Below, piece by piece: positions 39,130 to 55,190 of a DNA stretch of 64,000 nt. Positions within the stretch are counted from its first letter, which is position 1. Each line of letters opens with the position of its first letter. The position numbers and the translations under genes were made by a program. The notes under the pieces are model-generated. The model was given only the letters and a program-made list of their open reading frames with translations. It was not told the DNA's origin and searched no databases. The stretch is from Paramecium tetraurelia (taxonomy: Eukaryota): contig CT868668.1 of the NCBI GenBank assembly GCA_000165425.1, forward strand, positions 124,001 through 188,000, in the 5' to 3' direction.

Positions 39130-40358
39130 TCAAATTCTAGTTTTTGGATAGGCACTTTAGATTCTTTTTTTGCCTGTAACATTCAAAGTTTGCTATTATT
39201 CTCTAAATGATTAATCCAGCGACATTTTCAATTGACTCAACTAATTAATTCATAGATCAAAAATTCTTACATCCTCTTAATGTCGAACTTCTTCTATCAC
39301 CTTCAAATGATCATTTAATCTACTTGTTGATTAGATCTTACTAATCATGGCAGTCTATGGTCGTTAGGCCTATGCATGCTGCTATTACTCATTAAATAAA
39401 ATTTCCCCTGGGTTTATGAAAGGTCTGAATTCTATATTTTGAGTAGCAGCTGCACTGTGGATCCTTTTTAATCCTTTGGGCAAAAACCCAGGAGGAACCC
39501 TACTACCTTTCAAACCCACAGAAGGTGTTAGGTACTACGGATACCCAACATTTATTTAAACTTCTTCATTTTAATTTTCATTGTTGTCTACCAATTTTTC
39601 AAATAGTTAATTTCTGAAATCAGCATATTATTAGAGCAAATGTTCTGATATCCCTTTTTCAGAATAATTTTTGGTTGAAGAAACAGGTCTCATAGTTGAA
39701 AACGCAGAAGTGGGTCTATGTTTACAAAGGGAGGTCGATACAGCCATGTTGTATGATCTCCCTTCTACTGATAGTAGGTTCTCAGGCTCATCCATAACTA
39801 CATATTTCACAGATTAAGATTTCTTAGGTTTCGGGTGGAAAGTGTTCCCTTTCTTCGTCCTAAGTAATGCAGCCTCGTCAATATCAAGATTTTGAGACAT
39901 GATAAATCGGACAGCTCCTTCATTTGCCAACATGCATATATCATTCTCATTTACGCATTATTTAGCCTTGTCTGCAATCTAATAATACAATTCTATAATA
40001 CAGCTAAACAAATATCGAGCTCCTCTTTTTACTTCTTCACTTTTAATAGGGCAGCATGCAACGCAGTTGTATTAATTTTTTATTTCGGTTTGATACGGAA
40101 CCTCTCTTCCTTTGGTTCTTTCTTTCCCGATACTATTTTTTGAAAGATCTCTTGTGAATTCATATTAAGAATCGATTTTGTTTGTTTGTTTTTTTTCTAG
40201 TTAACCCTTATATATGATCATACCTTGTCAGGACGATCATATCGAAACCTCTTTTTGTATTATCCTTCATCCATCTTTTCATCAATATAGTTCATCATTT
40301 CATCAGGGAAATCATGACGAACAACTATAGGGCATCTTGAAATTGCCAAAGTACTCAT
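39130..40358 (-). CDS. Hypothetical protein
   Basis: MSTLAISRCPIVVRHDFPDEMM... code-6 frame with a tiny intron, ending KRIQSAYPKTRI-TGA. Confidence 0.7.
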
Positions 40359-41170
40359 TTAATTTTAATTAAAATTATTTCCTTAACTATTTTATCAATA
40401 CATTTATCAAATCACTTCGAATTCATTCAATCTGAATTATTTTAAGTCATATTACATCATGTATGATATTCAAAATATGAATATTCATGTGTATATTAAG
40501 TATAAATATTTAATTATTTAGTAATTATTCTAAAATTACAACTTAAGGAATAATCAAAAAGTTTCAATTAAGGAATTGATTAAAACCTGTTGAAATGAAG
40601 AAAAAAAGTATTTTATTTTAATTATTATTATTCTTATTAATTAGGTTATATATATTAAAATAGTATATTTAATCTTGAATATGCTTAATCTTTAAAAAAT
40701 GAATAATATATTCATCAAATTTAATGGATTTACAGAAAAATCTAAATTGAAAATAAAATATCTTTGGATGATTCAACTTTTTAATTTTTTTTTAATTAAT
40801 TCGGACTTATAAATTGTCATAGAGGATTTAGCAAATTAAATATGATTTGATAGGTAATGTATTATCATTAGATTAGAATAAGTTGCATTCTTAGATATTG
40901 AATTGGATACTTCTATTTTATAATAGAAATTAAGATAGATAGGCTCTAATTTATTGACTACAACGTTTTAATACGAATAAAGTTGTTGGATTATTTTATG
41001 TTTACTGAATTTGGGGAAGGTTTAGTAAGGAGTATTGCAAAATAAGAAAACCAAGTTTAATTGTTTGATTTAAAATGGATAAATTTGATTAATTATAGAT
41101 GTAACAACGGATTAGAAGGTGAAATTGTTAGAGGATTTTATAATATAAATAAATATTATTATATATTATA

Positions 41171-43013
41171 ATGTTCTGCTGCGGTTCAAAAAAGAAGAAA
41201 TCGAAGTAGTTTTTTGGAATTTTAGGAAGAGTGCCAAGCCAGAGGAGCCATCCACGAATTCCGACACACATTCTTTTAAGAAGGAAGAGGAATCCCAAAA
41301 AGTGTATGTTCCACCACCTCCCCCTACAAAACCAATTGACTAAGTTTTTTATTAAAATTAATTCAAATTAGGAAATGCTGAGGCAAATATAAAATATTAA
41401 CGACTTGCGTAATAGAGGTTTATATGAAAAAAGGTATTTAAATCCTAAGTTCTTAGTGTCGAATGTGAACACGATTACATTACTTAGTTGATAAACAAGG
41501 AAAATATACAATAGTAGTTTGCACTTGAATTTAAATGGGCAGTTAATTATACAAACCATCTAAAGGGAAAAAAAGCTGAAATTGGATAAATAAACAACAA
41601 AAACCTACTTGGACCCAATCAATATATAAGAAGTGGTTTACAATAAGACAAAGACTATGTGGTCTTAAATGAATCAGCTTGGAACTTCGTGATGCAAATG
41701 TATGGAGGAGGTCCAGAAGTCAAGATCATGCCTTCTCATAAACAAGAATCTTAAGCCCAACCTCCAAGTCTGTCCAGTACTTATTCCAAGCCTCCAATAC
41801 AACAACAATCTATGAGATAAGCACAAACGAACTCAAGGTTCATTCAATAAAAACCAATGACCTAAACTGTTTCAGTTATAACAACTCCCAAATCAGTAGA
41901 CAGACAAACATCATAGATTATAGAGCCACCACAAAGAAATGATAGTGCTTAAAACTATAGAAAAGGATATGAGGAATAGAAAAGACCTTCCATTTCCCAG
42001 GGCTAACTACCAATTGTTGGATTGAGAAATCCCAGATATTATTGCTACTTGAATTCAGCCTTACAGGTTCTTTTGAGCATTGACTCTCTTTCAGAGGGCA
42101 TTTTGGCTGTACAACCAAAACAGGGCCAAAAGTACTTAGTTGCCTATCAAGAATTATTAAGAACGGTATGATATTTCGTTAAAATTTGTTTAATTAGATA
42201 AAAAGATCAGGCTCTTTTTCCGCAATTGCAGCTTAGAGTGTATGGGAAAATTGTTCTGGGAAATTCTAATTTAATTAATAATAAGATAGTCATGAATTTC
42301 TATTGTTCTTTTTGGGGAAAATTCAAGAGGAGCTTGTTGGCAAATACAAAAACAAGTAGGAGTTCAATTCAGCTGAATAAGCTTGGAGTGATTATACATC
42401 CAAAAATTATGATATTGTCGATACCATTTTTGCAGGGCAATCAACTAGTTAATCCTTCTGCAAATCTTGTAATTAAGTTTGTGAGGGTTATGATCCTATA
42501 TGGGATTTGTCTTTGCCAATCAGGTAACAATTAATAGTATAATTTTAAGTAAATCATACACTGGAGTTGATTTGATGGACTGTCTAAAATCATATTATAG
42601 AGAGGAAGTTATTAATGACACTTGGAAATGTGACAAGTGCAAAAAAACTAATAAATCAGTTAAAAGAAGGATGTTTATTAGTTAGACTCCAAAATACTTA
42701 ATTATTTAATTTAAAAGATTCACTACATTTCCAACCTCTCAAAAAATTAATGATTCCATATCTTACCCTGAAAAGTTAGATATTTAAGAGTAATGATAAA
42801 AATAAATTTAGATTTTGCTCCAAGGGGCTATAAACTAAATATAAACTTAAAGCACTTATAACTCATATGGGTTCTATTAATGGTGGACATTATAAGGCCT
42901 ATGCTGAGAGATACGATAATTGGTATTTATTTGATGATGAAACTGTATCAAAGATTAATGGCAAATAATTATCTGATAGATCAGCCTATGTATTGCTTTA
43001 TCAAAAATATTGA
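41171..43013 (+). CDS. Ubiquitin-specific protease (C19) with DUSP domain
   Basis: MFCCGSKK start; DYVVLNESAWNFVMQMYGGGP (DUSP); GLRNPRYYCYLNSALQ (Cys box); QQDSHEF; HMGSINGGHYKAY..WYLFDDE (His box). Confidence 0.9.
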
Positions 43014-43085
43014 AATCTAATTCATCTGCTATATTTAAATACAATAATTCTCATTTATTTTCATTAATTTTTTTATTTTTTTTAT

Positions 43086-44684
43086 ATGGAATTTTCATAG
43101 AAATTTATCACGCTCTACTTCATACTATTATATCTACCCTGTGGAATCCTTTCGGATACGATACCTGAAAAAATACTCTCTTCTTTCTTAAATTAGGAAT
43201 TATTTAAAGGAGAATGGTAGTCAAATGACCCAAGATTAATGTAATTTTATTATTTAACACTTGATTCTGGAATGATAAAAGTAAGAGTTGAAAATGAACA
43301 TCTCTACTTTTTAGCTTTAAATCCAAGATACGGTGAAGATAGATTTGTATCTGGTGCTATTGCTCTTGCTAATTATTCTGAAACTACATAGTAACATTTC
43401 TATTGATATTTTAGATCATGGGGTGGAGAATCTAAAATATATTTAGAAGGAGGGGAATAACATAGTTATCTTTGGTACGAAGGCTCTTGTAATGGCACAT
43501 ATTAAGTCAAATTAAATCAGCCGATAGAAAATCTAGATATTGATACACTATAAATAGATGTTTATTTAAGTTCAAATACTGAAAATGGTTATCATTGCTA
43601 TTCTAATATGAGTTTCAGTGTTAAAAGAGTATATAATTACGATTTTATCAACTGTCTAATATTTTCCTTAGTTGCAACAATAATATTGTTAGTCTAATAC
43701 TTAGCAGGTTCAAAGTTATTAAGGCAAATGAAAGATTAATAGATCCAGCTTTAACAGGTTAATTTTAATTCAAATTATATTTAGCTGTCAAGATTGTGCT
43801 CATTATTATCTTGGATAAACGGACTAAACACATTTTATTTTTTTGTTGACCTACTATTTCAAAACTTTGTAAGAGTTTCAACTTATATTTAAGGAATATT
43901 ATTATTTATTTCTTTTACCTACGCTTATCTTATTTGTGGGACTCTTCAAGGATTCCAACATATTTAACTTCCACTTTTATAGCACCTAATAGAATAGAGA
44001 CCGAAGGAGAAGAGCAGAATTGGTAAGATTTATTGGTTTACTAATAATTCTATGTATTTTTAAATTATATTCAATTAGAGTTATTTGTGTTTGCAAATTT
44101 TGTAATATTTCAACTTTTTGGCTACACCTTTTATTTAATGCTTTTTTAAGCATTTATTCTTTACCCTCAAATCATTCATAATTTAAGATTAGGAATTAAT
44201 CAATTTAACAAACTTTAGATTTTTGGATGGTTATCGCCTAGATTGTTTTTTTATGTAAACGTCTATTTAATCATAGGTCTACATAAGAAGTTGTCCATCT
44301 AATGTAAAGGATACTAAGCCAAATTACCTTTTTGTTGTGGTATTTTTTGCTGTTTATCTATTCTCTCTATTGATTCTCGTATTGCAAACTAAATACAACA
44401 TAAGGTGTTTTAAACCAAAAATTGAAAAACCTAAAACTTTTAGTTATTTGCAAAAAATAAAAGTAAAGGATTCGATCGAATGCCCAATTTGTATGGGCCC
44501 TCTTCATTCTAATCCAAACGAAATCGATGAACAACCCTTAGATCAATCATTGCTATGCGAAATTATGGTTACACCTTGTTAACATATGTACCATCAACAA
44601 TGCTTACGAGATTGGATGGAGGTTCAAAAAAGATGTCCAGTGTGTAGAGGTGACTTACATTTAGAAGAGAACGTTGAACAATGA
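43086..44684 (+). CDS. Transmembrane RING-H2 E3 ligase, Tul1/FLY-like
   Basis: Signal peptide, lumenal domain, multiple TMs (FILYPQIIHN, YIRSCPSN), and C-terminal CPICM...MVTPCQHMYHQQCLRDWMEVQKRCPVCR. Confidence 0.85.
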
Positions 44685-44796
44685 TTCTAATACTGTATTC
44701 AAGTATTTAAGTTAGAAACTAAAATTTAATATTAATACTAATAATAAAGTCTATAAATATGATATTTATATTATTTAAGTATAAATAATATCATCA

Positions 44797-45809
44797 TCAT
44801 AATTTCTGAATAAGACTTAGTATGTCGGCTGCAAATTTGTCTCTAACGTCGAAGTGAGTATATCCACTTTATTAATACTAAGAATTAAGATGACAATTTT
44901 ACTGATCCATCACTTCCTGGGACAATGCATGTATTTTTTTGATTAACAATGCAGTTGTATTTGATGATATCGTCATTTGGTGACCAGAAGGAATACACTT
45001 TTGCCCCCTCTCTGTGAGTTTTAGAATTCAATGCAGTCAACATTTGAGATGATGGTGAGAATCCATTGTATGTGCTGCATGTTGGTAATCCTGTTGCATA
45101 AGTGCAATCTACTAATCCATAGTTGGCACCTGCTAATCCAAAGAATGCTGCAATAGAATTTGTAATGGGATCTCCAACTGTGAATTTAGCAAACAAAGAT
45201 TCAGAATATGTTCCACCAATAATGGCTGCTCTAGCCAAAGTGACTCCCATTGAATGACCAATCACAATGACTTTGCTAGCTTTGGTGTATGCAAGAACAC
45301 CTTCAATGAACCTTCTGGTTGTCATGACATATTTTTCACTATGACTGTTTTAAGAGGCTAAGTTAGGATTTGCAGGGCCTAAAATTAGTTATTATTATAA
45401 TAATTTACCCCATGTTGTAACATACAAGTCAGCTTTAGTGTATCCACCATAATTTTATAAATATTCAATAAGTGTAGTGAATCCTGTCTACCATCCAACA
45501 GTTCCACCATTTCCTGCACCAATGTCTGAGTTCCCATGGATGAAAACAATTGGATATTTGGAAGGAGCAGTTGTGGGTCTAGTTTCAGCACCACTGAAAA
45601 TGTTAGATATTATTGAAATACCCATATGTTGACCATGTGATATCTGATCTAATGAAGTCATATTTTGTGTCGAAGCTTTTAATGAAGGATGCAAAATCAG
45701 CTGTGAATCCATGATCTATGGTACTAACATTGCCCTCATAGTTCATGAAGGTAGCTCCTCCTAAAACCATCAAAAATCCAATGGTCAATAGCACTGCTTG
45801 TGATGTCAT
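44797..45809 (-). CDS. Secreted class-2 lipase (alpha/beta hydrolase), 3 introns
   Basis: PIVFIHGNSD, YVTTWGP, VIVIGHSMGVTLAR (GxSxG), AGANYG, DDII, terminal H in YTHFDVRD. N-terminal signal/anchor. Confidence 0.88.
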
Positions 45810-45930
45810 ACGATTTAAATAATAATCTAATGCTATTGAGAAATGTGCAATTAATATACGAACAAAGATACTTCGTCATCATTATTGCGTATCACTATGC
45901 ATTATTTTATTAATAACTATTTTATATAAA

Positions 45931-48900
45931 TCAGATATGCTATCCAATATCCTTGAACATTTATGCTGCCATATCTGCTAACTAGTTTTTTCTAGTCATA
46001 TTGGCTCTCACAACATCTTCTAAGGTGATAGTCTATTTATCTGCCAATTCCTTCTTTATGTACATTAAATAAGTTGATCTACTCATATCTGCAAACTTGG
46101 GCATAAATTTTAGATAAGTTCTCTCATCGTCATCAACATATTGTTTCGATCCTCCTTTCTACTTAAATAGCATCTTTTTCAACTCTTTATTTTCAACATC
46201 CATTTTCCTTTCCACTGCATCTATTATCATTCCAATAACCTGATGGGACTTCTTCTACTGCTTCTCAATCTAATCCTTTACAACTCTTTTTGCCTTCTAT
46301 AGCTTTTCTTACCTTAAAATTAAGTCTGTTCCTTAAGCATCCATTGGAATTAACGTTTAACTTTCTTAGGGACTTTCTTTTACACTCGAAATGTCCTTGT
46401 GCCTTTTAAGTATTGTCTTAGGTAAAGTAGTTTACGAATTTGATTTCTATTAAATTAAGGATACTTGCCCTAAGTTCTTGGGATCTTCAGTTCCAGCATA
46501 TGATTATTGCACTTAAGAAGGCTATAAAGACACCTGTTGTGTTTATTACTATTTGTCTCCTTATTGTACTACTATTTTAACATTCTTCTTTTATTTTGTC
46601 TACAATTATTATTGGCTTTGATTATCTGGAACATCCACTGATATTTCTTTCTCCAAGGCTGATTTGAGCTTTAAGATCCTTTCTTTTTCTCTCATTTCCC
46701 TCATCTAATTGGCAAAGAATTTAGCTAACCCCAATGCCTCTCTATGCTTATAGATTAAATCCTTAAGTTTTTTCTTCTTACTCTTCTCTAACACTTTTTT
46801 TAAATAATTGGTTTCTTCTGGATCCTTTAGATCAATGTTCACATTAGTTTAAACTATCTTTTTACCAGCAACCATCTTATCTATCTTTCTCCTCTTTAAG
46901 TCCTTCAATTCCTTCTCTGCAGTTACCTTACCATCTATGATATGTGCTTGATCTTTGACTTTCGTATCAATCTCAACTTTGACTGGAGGTGTCTTAAAAG
47001 ATTCCTTATAAAACATGATCTCTTCTTTGGCTTTCAGATTTAGCATCCTTTTACCAAACTAAAACTCCTTTTTATCGAAATCTTCTTTCTTTCTCAGAGT
47101 GAATAATTGTCCCAATATACTAAAATTACACTACTATTATACTCATTATAATCTCTAATTTCATTGGATTGAATCTTTCCATTCACCATTTTGTTAACAT
47201 ATACATCCAAATCCTACTTGTGATGTTCATCTCGATCTGGATGTTCTCTATATTCTAAATTTTCCAATTGTCTTTTTAACAACGCCCCTATATTGCTTAC
47301 ATTCTTCTTCTCTTCCTACACTTTAGGTTTCTAATATTCATTAAAATATTGAGTAGTTGTCAAGATCCTTGATTTATAATCTTAAGGTCTTTCTATGCCG
47401 ATTTTAATTAAGCCTACAGACTTACCTTACTTTCTTTTTGGTTTAACTATTTTCCTATTATTTGGCTTTCTAGAGGTGGACAAGGGTCTTTTATCCTCAA
47501 ATAATTTTGAGTCGAATTATAAGTTGTCAATGGATGGGGCAAAGAAACTGCCATCAAAAAAGCTATCCTAACTATTTGAATCACTATCAAAGATGTTGAT
47601 TGAAGCATCAGTACCATGAGGTTATGACTATTCAACTATTTTATTATCAAATTATTATTTAGTTTTCTATTCTTCCTTTATTTAGGTTTTAAAATACAAC
47701 TATTGATTCAATGATTTGATTTAGAATAGATTGAACATATCACTATTGAATTTCTTTAAATAGTCAGATTCGGATTGTTCTCTTTAATCCCTTTGAGTGT
47801 TTCTAATCTTATGCAATTCTGAGTCCAAAATAGATTCGGCTATGTAACTCAAATCTGCTAAGTCTTTTAGATTCTGCTCCAATCTGTGTTTGCCTTCGCT
47901 TGCCAATTTGACAATATGTTTTTTAAACTCATCAATTCCTTAGATGTATTTGTCAGCCAACCAACTGGCTGTAGTTAAAGTTTCAACAATCCTATGATAA
48001 TTATTTTCTGCCTCATAACTACACATCATAGTGATTAATGCTGATAATGTTGTTATCACACATCTTTTCATTCTTCTTCTCTCCCTATTTTGGTATAAGT
48101 AACACTTATATACTTCTATTTGTTTTTCTTCTAGACGAATTTTTCCTAATTAATCCTAATCCTCATCTCTCCACATAAGATTACTATGGCTTCCTCTGCA
48201 TACCTTAGTGATTCCTTATACTCACCTATCTCGTATAAATAATTTGCAAAGTATATCTTGACTCTCGCACATGCATTTACTAGATTTGGATTCGGAGTGT
48301 CTAAAATGTGTTTAGCAATTCTTTAGGCTTCCACCAAATAGTAATAAGCCACCTTCGGTTTGTTTGCCTTCTTAAAAATTAAATTGGCCATTAATTGAAG
48401 TTCGATCAAGTTATAAAAGTACTGATCCAACTCAAATTGAATGTTCAGAGGCTTCATGGTCTTGACAATCATATTAGCTATCCTACTCGATTCCGAAATC
48501 TCCTATTCGTAAGGGTTCAATTCCTTAGCTTATTTTTTACTTCTCTCCTTTTTTGGCTTGTCGTATTGATTGATTTTGTAGAACAGTACTGTGACTTCGT
48601 GTTCCTTAATCCTTTCCTCTCCTTCCTCATCAGAACTTGTCAAATGAGATACTTCCTCCAAACTAATATTCTTATTTAATAGGCTTACACAACTCCCTTC
48701 ATCTCATTCGGTATCACCTTTTATATATAGAGATTAATGTATTTGTATAACTCGAACAGGGCTTGACTCCCTCGATGGAATATGTTGAGCATAGTCTCCG
48801 GTCTGTCTTGTTCGATATCAGGTTTGAGCAATCCTTGTTTTAGGATTTTGTTAATGCAATTGATTATTCTTCGATTCAACATTACCATCTCCCCTAATTC

Positions 48901-49124
48901 CAGATCCTTTCGCTGATTATAAAACTTCTCTAACAACTAAAATGCTCTCTTATAAAGTTTCTAATCGAAATATTTTATATCGAATTTACTTTCTAAATCA
49001 TTTTCCCAGTTTCTCTATGAATGTAATCATAGCTACCCTACAATAGACTTTTTAATTTACTCTCTTCTTTGCTTTGCTGTTATTGCTATTGTTAATGCGA
49101 GGTATTAACAGAAGAAGTTTGCAT
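45931..49124 (-). CDS. Large hypothetical helical (TPR-like) protein (~1000 aa), distant paralog of 18144..20121
   Basis: MQTSSVNTSHQQQ...; code-6 frame linking track ORFs 48721..48936 and 46849..47046 through tiny introns; ends QMFKDIGQHI-TGA. Not every internal junction was checked. Confidence 0.68.
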
Positions 49125-49147
49125 TTAATTATTAATATTAGTATACA

Positions 49148-50348
49148 ATGTAATTCTCTCTAATAGATTTAAATCGACAGACCTATGTTGACCTTCCTTC
49201 CATGCTTCAACTGAGTTTCCAACCCAACCAACAATGCGCGAATCTAAAATTAACTCAAATCACCTACCAATGTATTTAAATTTCAATCTCCCTATTAGTT
49301 AATAAACCAATTAACTTTTACATTCTTCGCGATTATATCCTTCAGGATATCAAATTGAAAAGGATTCAAAACCAATTTAACATCTAAGCTCAACACATTA
49401 TCCCTATTGGCGAAGACTTCTATTTAGAAAACCAAGAACTTATTCATAATCTCTTTGAACTATTCTTGTCCTTCTTATATGTGGGGAAAATACAGTACAA
49501 AAACAGAGATTATTTCTTGCCCTTACTCAAACTGGCCATATACTTCCAATGCGAAGCTCTAATAAACTCCCTATTGAATTAAGAGAAGCCAGTAGTTATG
49601 AGATCCTTCTTCCTCAATTTCTTATGCGACATTTATAACGATCAAGCCCATCTACAAACCTTCAAATAAACGTAGAATTCAGAAAAGTTCCTGTAATACT
49701 TAATCTAAGAAAATTCCCCTAACATCAAGATACACATAGATTGGCATAACCATCGCAAGAAGGATGCTTAGGATAAGATTAAGAAAGGTACATACATGAT
49801 GAATATACATATAGCATTTGCTCAAGTTAATCCAAAACTCTTTGAAGAATTTGCCATAGTCTACGCAACAAAAAGTCCAGAAGATATTTCTTATTTCACC
49901 CAACTTCTATTCTACATTGAGCAGTATGAGAACCCATAGGTTCAGCTATTGGAAGACATCTATATAGGGAGAATCTTTGAGTTGGTAGATGAAGAATTTT
50001 TCTCTACTTACTAGGATTATTTCACTAATAGATGCAAAGTCAAACTAGAATAAATAATAAACAAAATTAGGAATCCGCCTTATCATATGGAACACTCATT
50101 AGTCTGTGATTTATTGTATTCCTTCATAATATATTACTTAGTAACAGATCCTTCAAAGCTGGGTGTAATCATGAGATATGCTTGAATTGCCTCTTTCAAT
50201 ATATGATACATCGATAAAAATATGTCACAGAAAATCAGAAAGTCCCTCAAAAGATTAGATGTCTCTCAAGATTTCTAAATAAAGATATTTGCGATTATGT
50301 TTTTTAGAATGAAGATTACTTATAATTAAAGGAATTCCAAATAGATGA
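49148..50348 (+). CDS. BTB/POZ-like domain protein
   Basis: Long + frame MQFSLIDLNRQ...; LFELFLSFLYVGKIQY...LPLLKLAIYFQCEALINSL resembles the BTB C-terminal helices. Confidence 0.65.
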
Positions 50349-50673
50349 TTTATTAAATAAATACCTTTAAAAGAAAGATTGATATAGAATAATTTTATTT
50401 TAAATTTATAAGAAGAAATGGAGATCTTAGCTCCAGCTTTCTATAATATATATTAGATTTTTGAGAAGTTTCTTGCAATTGAATTTCGTTTGATTCTAGA
50501 TTTGTAATTGAATATTTTATTCGGAATTTAGAATTCTTATTTAAATTTATATATTATTCGTTAAAAAAAAACTATTTTATTTATTTTTTAGATAGAAAAA
50601 AACTAAATTATTAATCCAATATTAATTCTAACATAAATTTATTATTTTAAGTAATCATTTTGAAATCATAACA

Positions 50674-51069
50674 ATGAGTGCGTTATAAAACCTTTTTAAG
50701 GCCTCTAAGTAGGGTGGTAAATAGATGTTAATACCACAATAAATGAATAAGATATTAAACATAACTTAAAGGAAATAGGGACATCTTAATTCTTGCATGT
50801 AGACTGAAATTTAGGATTCTCCTTATTTGTATAATGTTTAGGAGAAAATAGAAGGTGATTAAAACTAAAATAATCTATATTCTGAAGAAGAGGTAAAGTA
50901 AGAGTCTCCAAAAAAGAAACTTAAAACTGAAACAATGGAATCTATAGACTTTGGAGGATTGTCTTTAAATACCTGTTTAAGTCAATAATGTGTTGAATTT
51001 GGAACCTCAGACTCTTCATAATATCAGCCTAATGATTAATATTTCATTTTGCCAGAATAATCGTCTTGA
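50674..51069 (+). CDS. Hypothetical 131-aa protein with NLS-like SPKKKLK
   Basis: Single-exon code-6 ORF MSALQNLFKASKQGG...LPEQSS-TGA. Confidence 0.6.
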
Positions 51070-51506
51070 GAATGAATTATTATTAAAAAAGTACATAACA
51101 AAATTCTATTTATATAAAGTTATTATAATCAAATATAGTATGATTGATTATATCCATAATTATATTAAAAAGAGATGAGTTAAGTGTTTTAAAGTCATTG
51201 TATGTAAATCTTTTGAGCTGCATACAATAAAAAACTGTAAATACTTATTAAAGAGAAATTATTAAAATTTACTAGAAAAGGAAATTAAGATTAAAAAGAT
51301 GAAATTCTGCCTAAAGTAGTCTCTCATATCTACCTATCAGTTTAAACAAGCTTTCCACTCACTTCTGGAGTGTTATTTGGTTTTCTTGAAAAAATACAAA
51401 TTCAAAATAATCATATTAAACAAACAAACTAAAAGAAATGGATTTTCCAAATTATTGTTTATATTAAATTTCTTATTTTATATGCTATATTTTATTAAAT
51501 TATATT

Positions 51507-53098
<1,592 letters not shown>

Positions 53099-53705
53099 AC
53101 TTAATTTTAATAATTAAGGATATGTTTCTGATTCAAATTTTTTAATTACCTTATATAATAATCGCAATTATAAAAAATTAATCTTATAATAAAAAATTGA
53201 CATTCTATACCCATAATCTACACTTATTGACATCGATTCAATTCAAAGATACTATGGAACTTAATTATTATGTAAAATATCTTATTAATAATTAGACCTA
53301 AATGATTTCAAAGCTCAAATGGATTCAAATTCTAATTAAATATATCTCTTTCACTTTTTAAAGAAATACATTATAAGAAAAATTGGTAACCCAGATAATT
53401 GCAATCTTAGCATGAAAATTATTGATAATCATGTAAAAAATTGTTTAGAAATTCTGAATATCTTATTTTTATTGATTGATTCCTATCTTATTAAATGAGA
53501 GGTTCAAGCATATGTAGGAGTGGGATTGTATTAGCTAATTATTTCACATTTTATTAATCCTTTCAAATTTTGCAGTAAATTTATATAGGTGCTATTTTAT
53601 ATATAATATATGTCTAGTTTATAATAAATGTGAGATTGATTCTGAATATTCTATATTAACAGAATCAATTTTTCTATTTTATATTATATAACATTATAAT
53701 TAATA

Positions 53706-55112
53706 ATGGAAACCTTTTTCACAGAAGTAGACAGTAAGAGTGATTAATCACATTTGCGAGAAATCAATCAGTTACTCATGCGACTAAATTTAGAATCACC
53801 GCGTACATAGCTAGCCATGAAAGAACTAAATTTAACTAAATATGATTGCTAACTTAAGTAAAATAGTGCCCAAATTATCATACAAGAACTTTGTCCAATT
53901 TCTTACATTATCATAATGAATCGAGAACCATGTACTTAAACCATTTACAAAATCTTAAAGGTAGCCAATAATTCTATGATATATTTAGAAAATCTTTCAA
54001 ATTTAGTGAATCGCAGAAGAGAAATTATTGGTCCATCAATAAAAATTGCTCTAAGAACACCTAAATAATTTAAGCAATATAACTTTGTTAAGAAGGTTTT
54101 TGATCATGATCTCAAATAGCTATATCAATCGGAACTCTAAATAAAAGCAGCATAACAAAAGAATACTGATAAAATCTATAGGCAAGTGGAAGAGAAGTTA
54201 AAATCCATCTCTCATAAAGCTAAGTAGCACAATAACAAAGTTGAAAGAAAACTATCCTTATTAAGAGAGAGAAGAAAGCACGAACTTGATGATAGGTTAA
54301 GTAAAAGTCTTGATTTTGATTCTAAATTTGAACCTATCCAAAAGACCTTGTAAGAATCTAAAATGAAATTCTAAATAATGATGCAATCTAAGACTCAATA
54401 AACTTTGGATTATCATAGATAAAAAAAGAAGAATATTACAGATTAAGAAGAATTACGAAGAACTAAATTATAATACTCAATGGAAACCTCACAGAGAAGC
54501 ACTTTTATTAGATAAGGCATAGCAAGCTATGACAGAATATAGTAGGCTTAATTGATAGAGTTGGATCAGTAGAATAAGGTCATTTAGAAAATAGGCAATT
54601 AAGTTGAAAAAACAAATTAAATGACTAATAAGAACTAGTAGGACATTCAAAAATCTCTACAGAAATTGAAAGAAGAATAAGATAGAAAGTTTACTAAAGT
54701 GCATAAAAATCTAAACTCAAAAACATAGATGCAATCTTTGAGGGAAAGCATGATTCATTAAGAAATATAGGATAAAATAATGTTCAGCAATGCAAAAGCT
54801 AAGAAAAGGTTAGATGAGATTCAATCAAAAATTAAATAGGTAGCGTAGCAAAAGCAATAGAAATAACAAGATTTATTGAATAAATACATAATAAAAATGG
54901 AAAGAAGAAATGACAGAATTATGGAAAAACATGTTAAACTTAGATAGAATCTGAAGAAAGGTAGCAACTCTCATAATCTCACTTAATAACAACATCAGCT
55001 AGTAATAGAAAAGGATGAATTGAACTCAGATATCACTAAAGTGTAAAGATTAGTGGTCAGCAAGTCAACGAAAAATATATAAGAATTACTCAACAACTTA
55101 AGATTCAATTGA
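53706..55112 (+). CDS. Hypothetical coiled-coil protein
   Basis: METFFTEVDSK...LNLESPRTQLAMKELNL; two tiny introns; Q/K/E-rich; ends LLNNLRFN-TGA. Confidence 0.72.
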
Positions 55113-55190
55113 ATAATCATATATTTTATAACAATATTTAAAATTGAAGACTAATATTGATAAATCCTTTATAACTTTGAATATTATAAC

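Noticed and set aside
40400..41160. AT-rich spacer with a long minus-strand open stretch
   Set aside because: No suitable initiating ATG or recognisable motif. Long open frames are expected under code 6.
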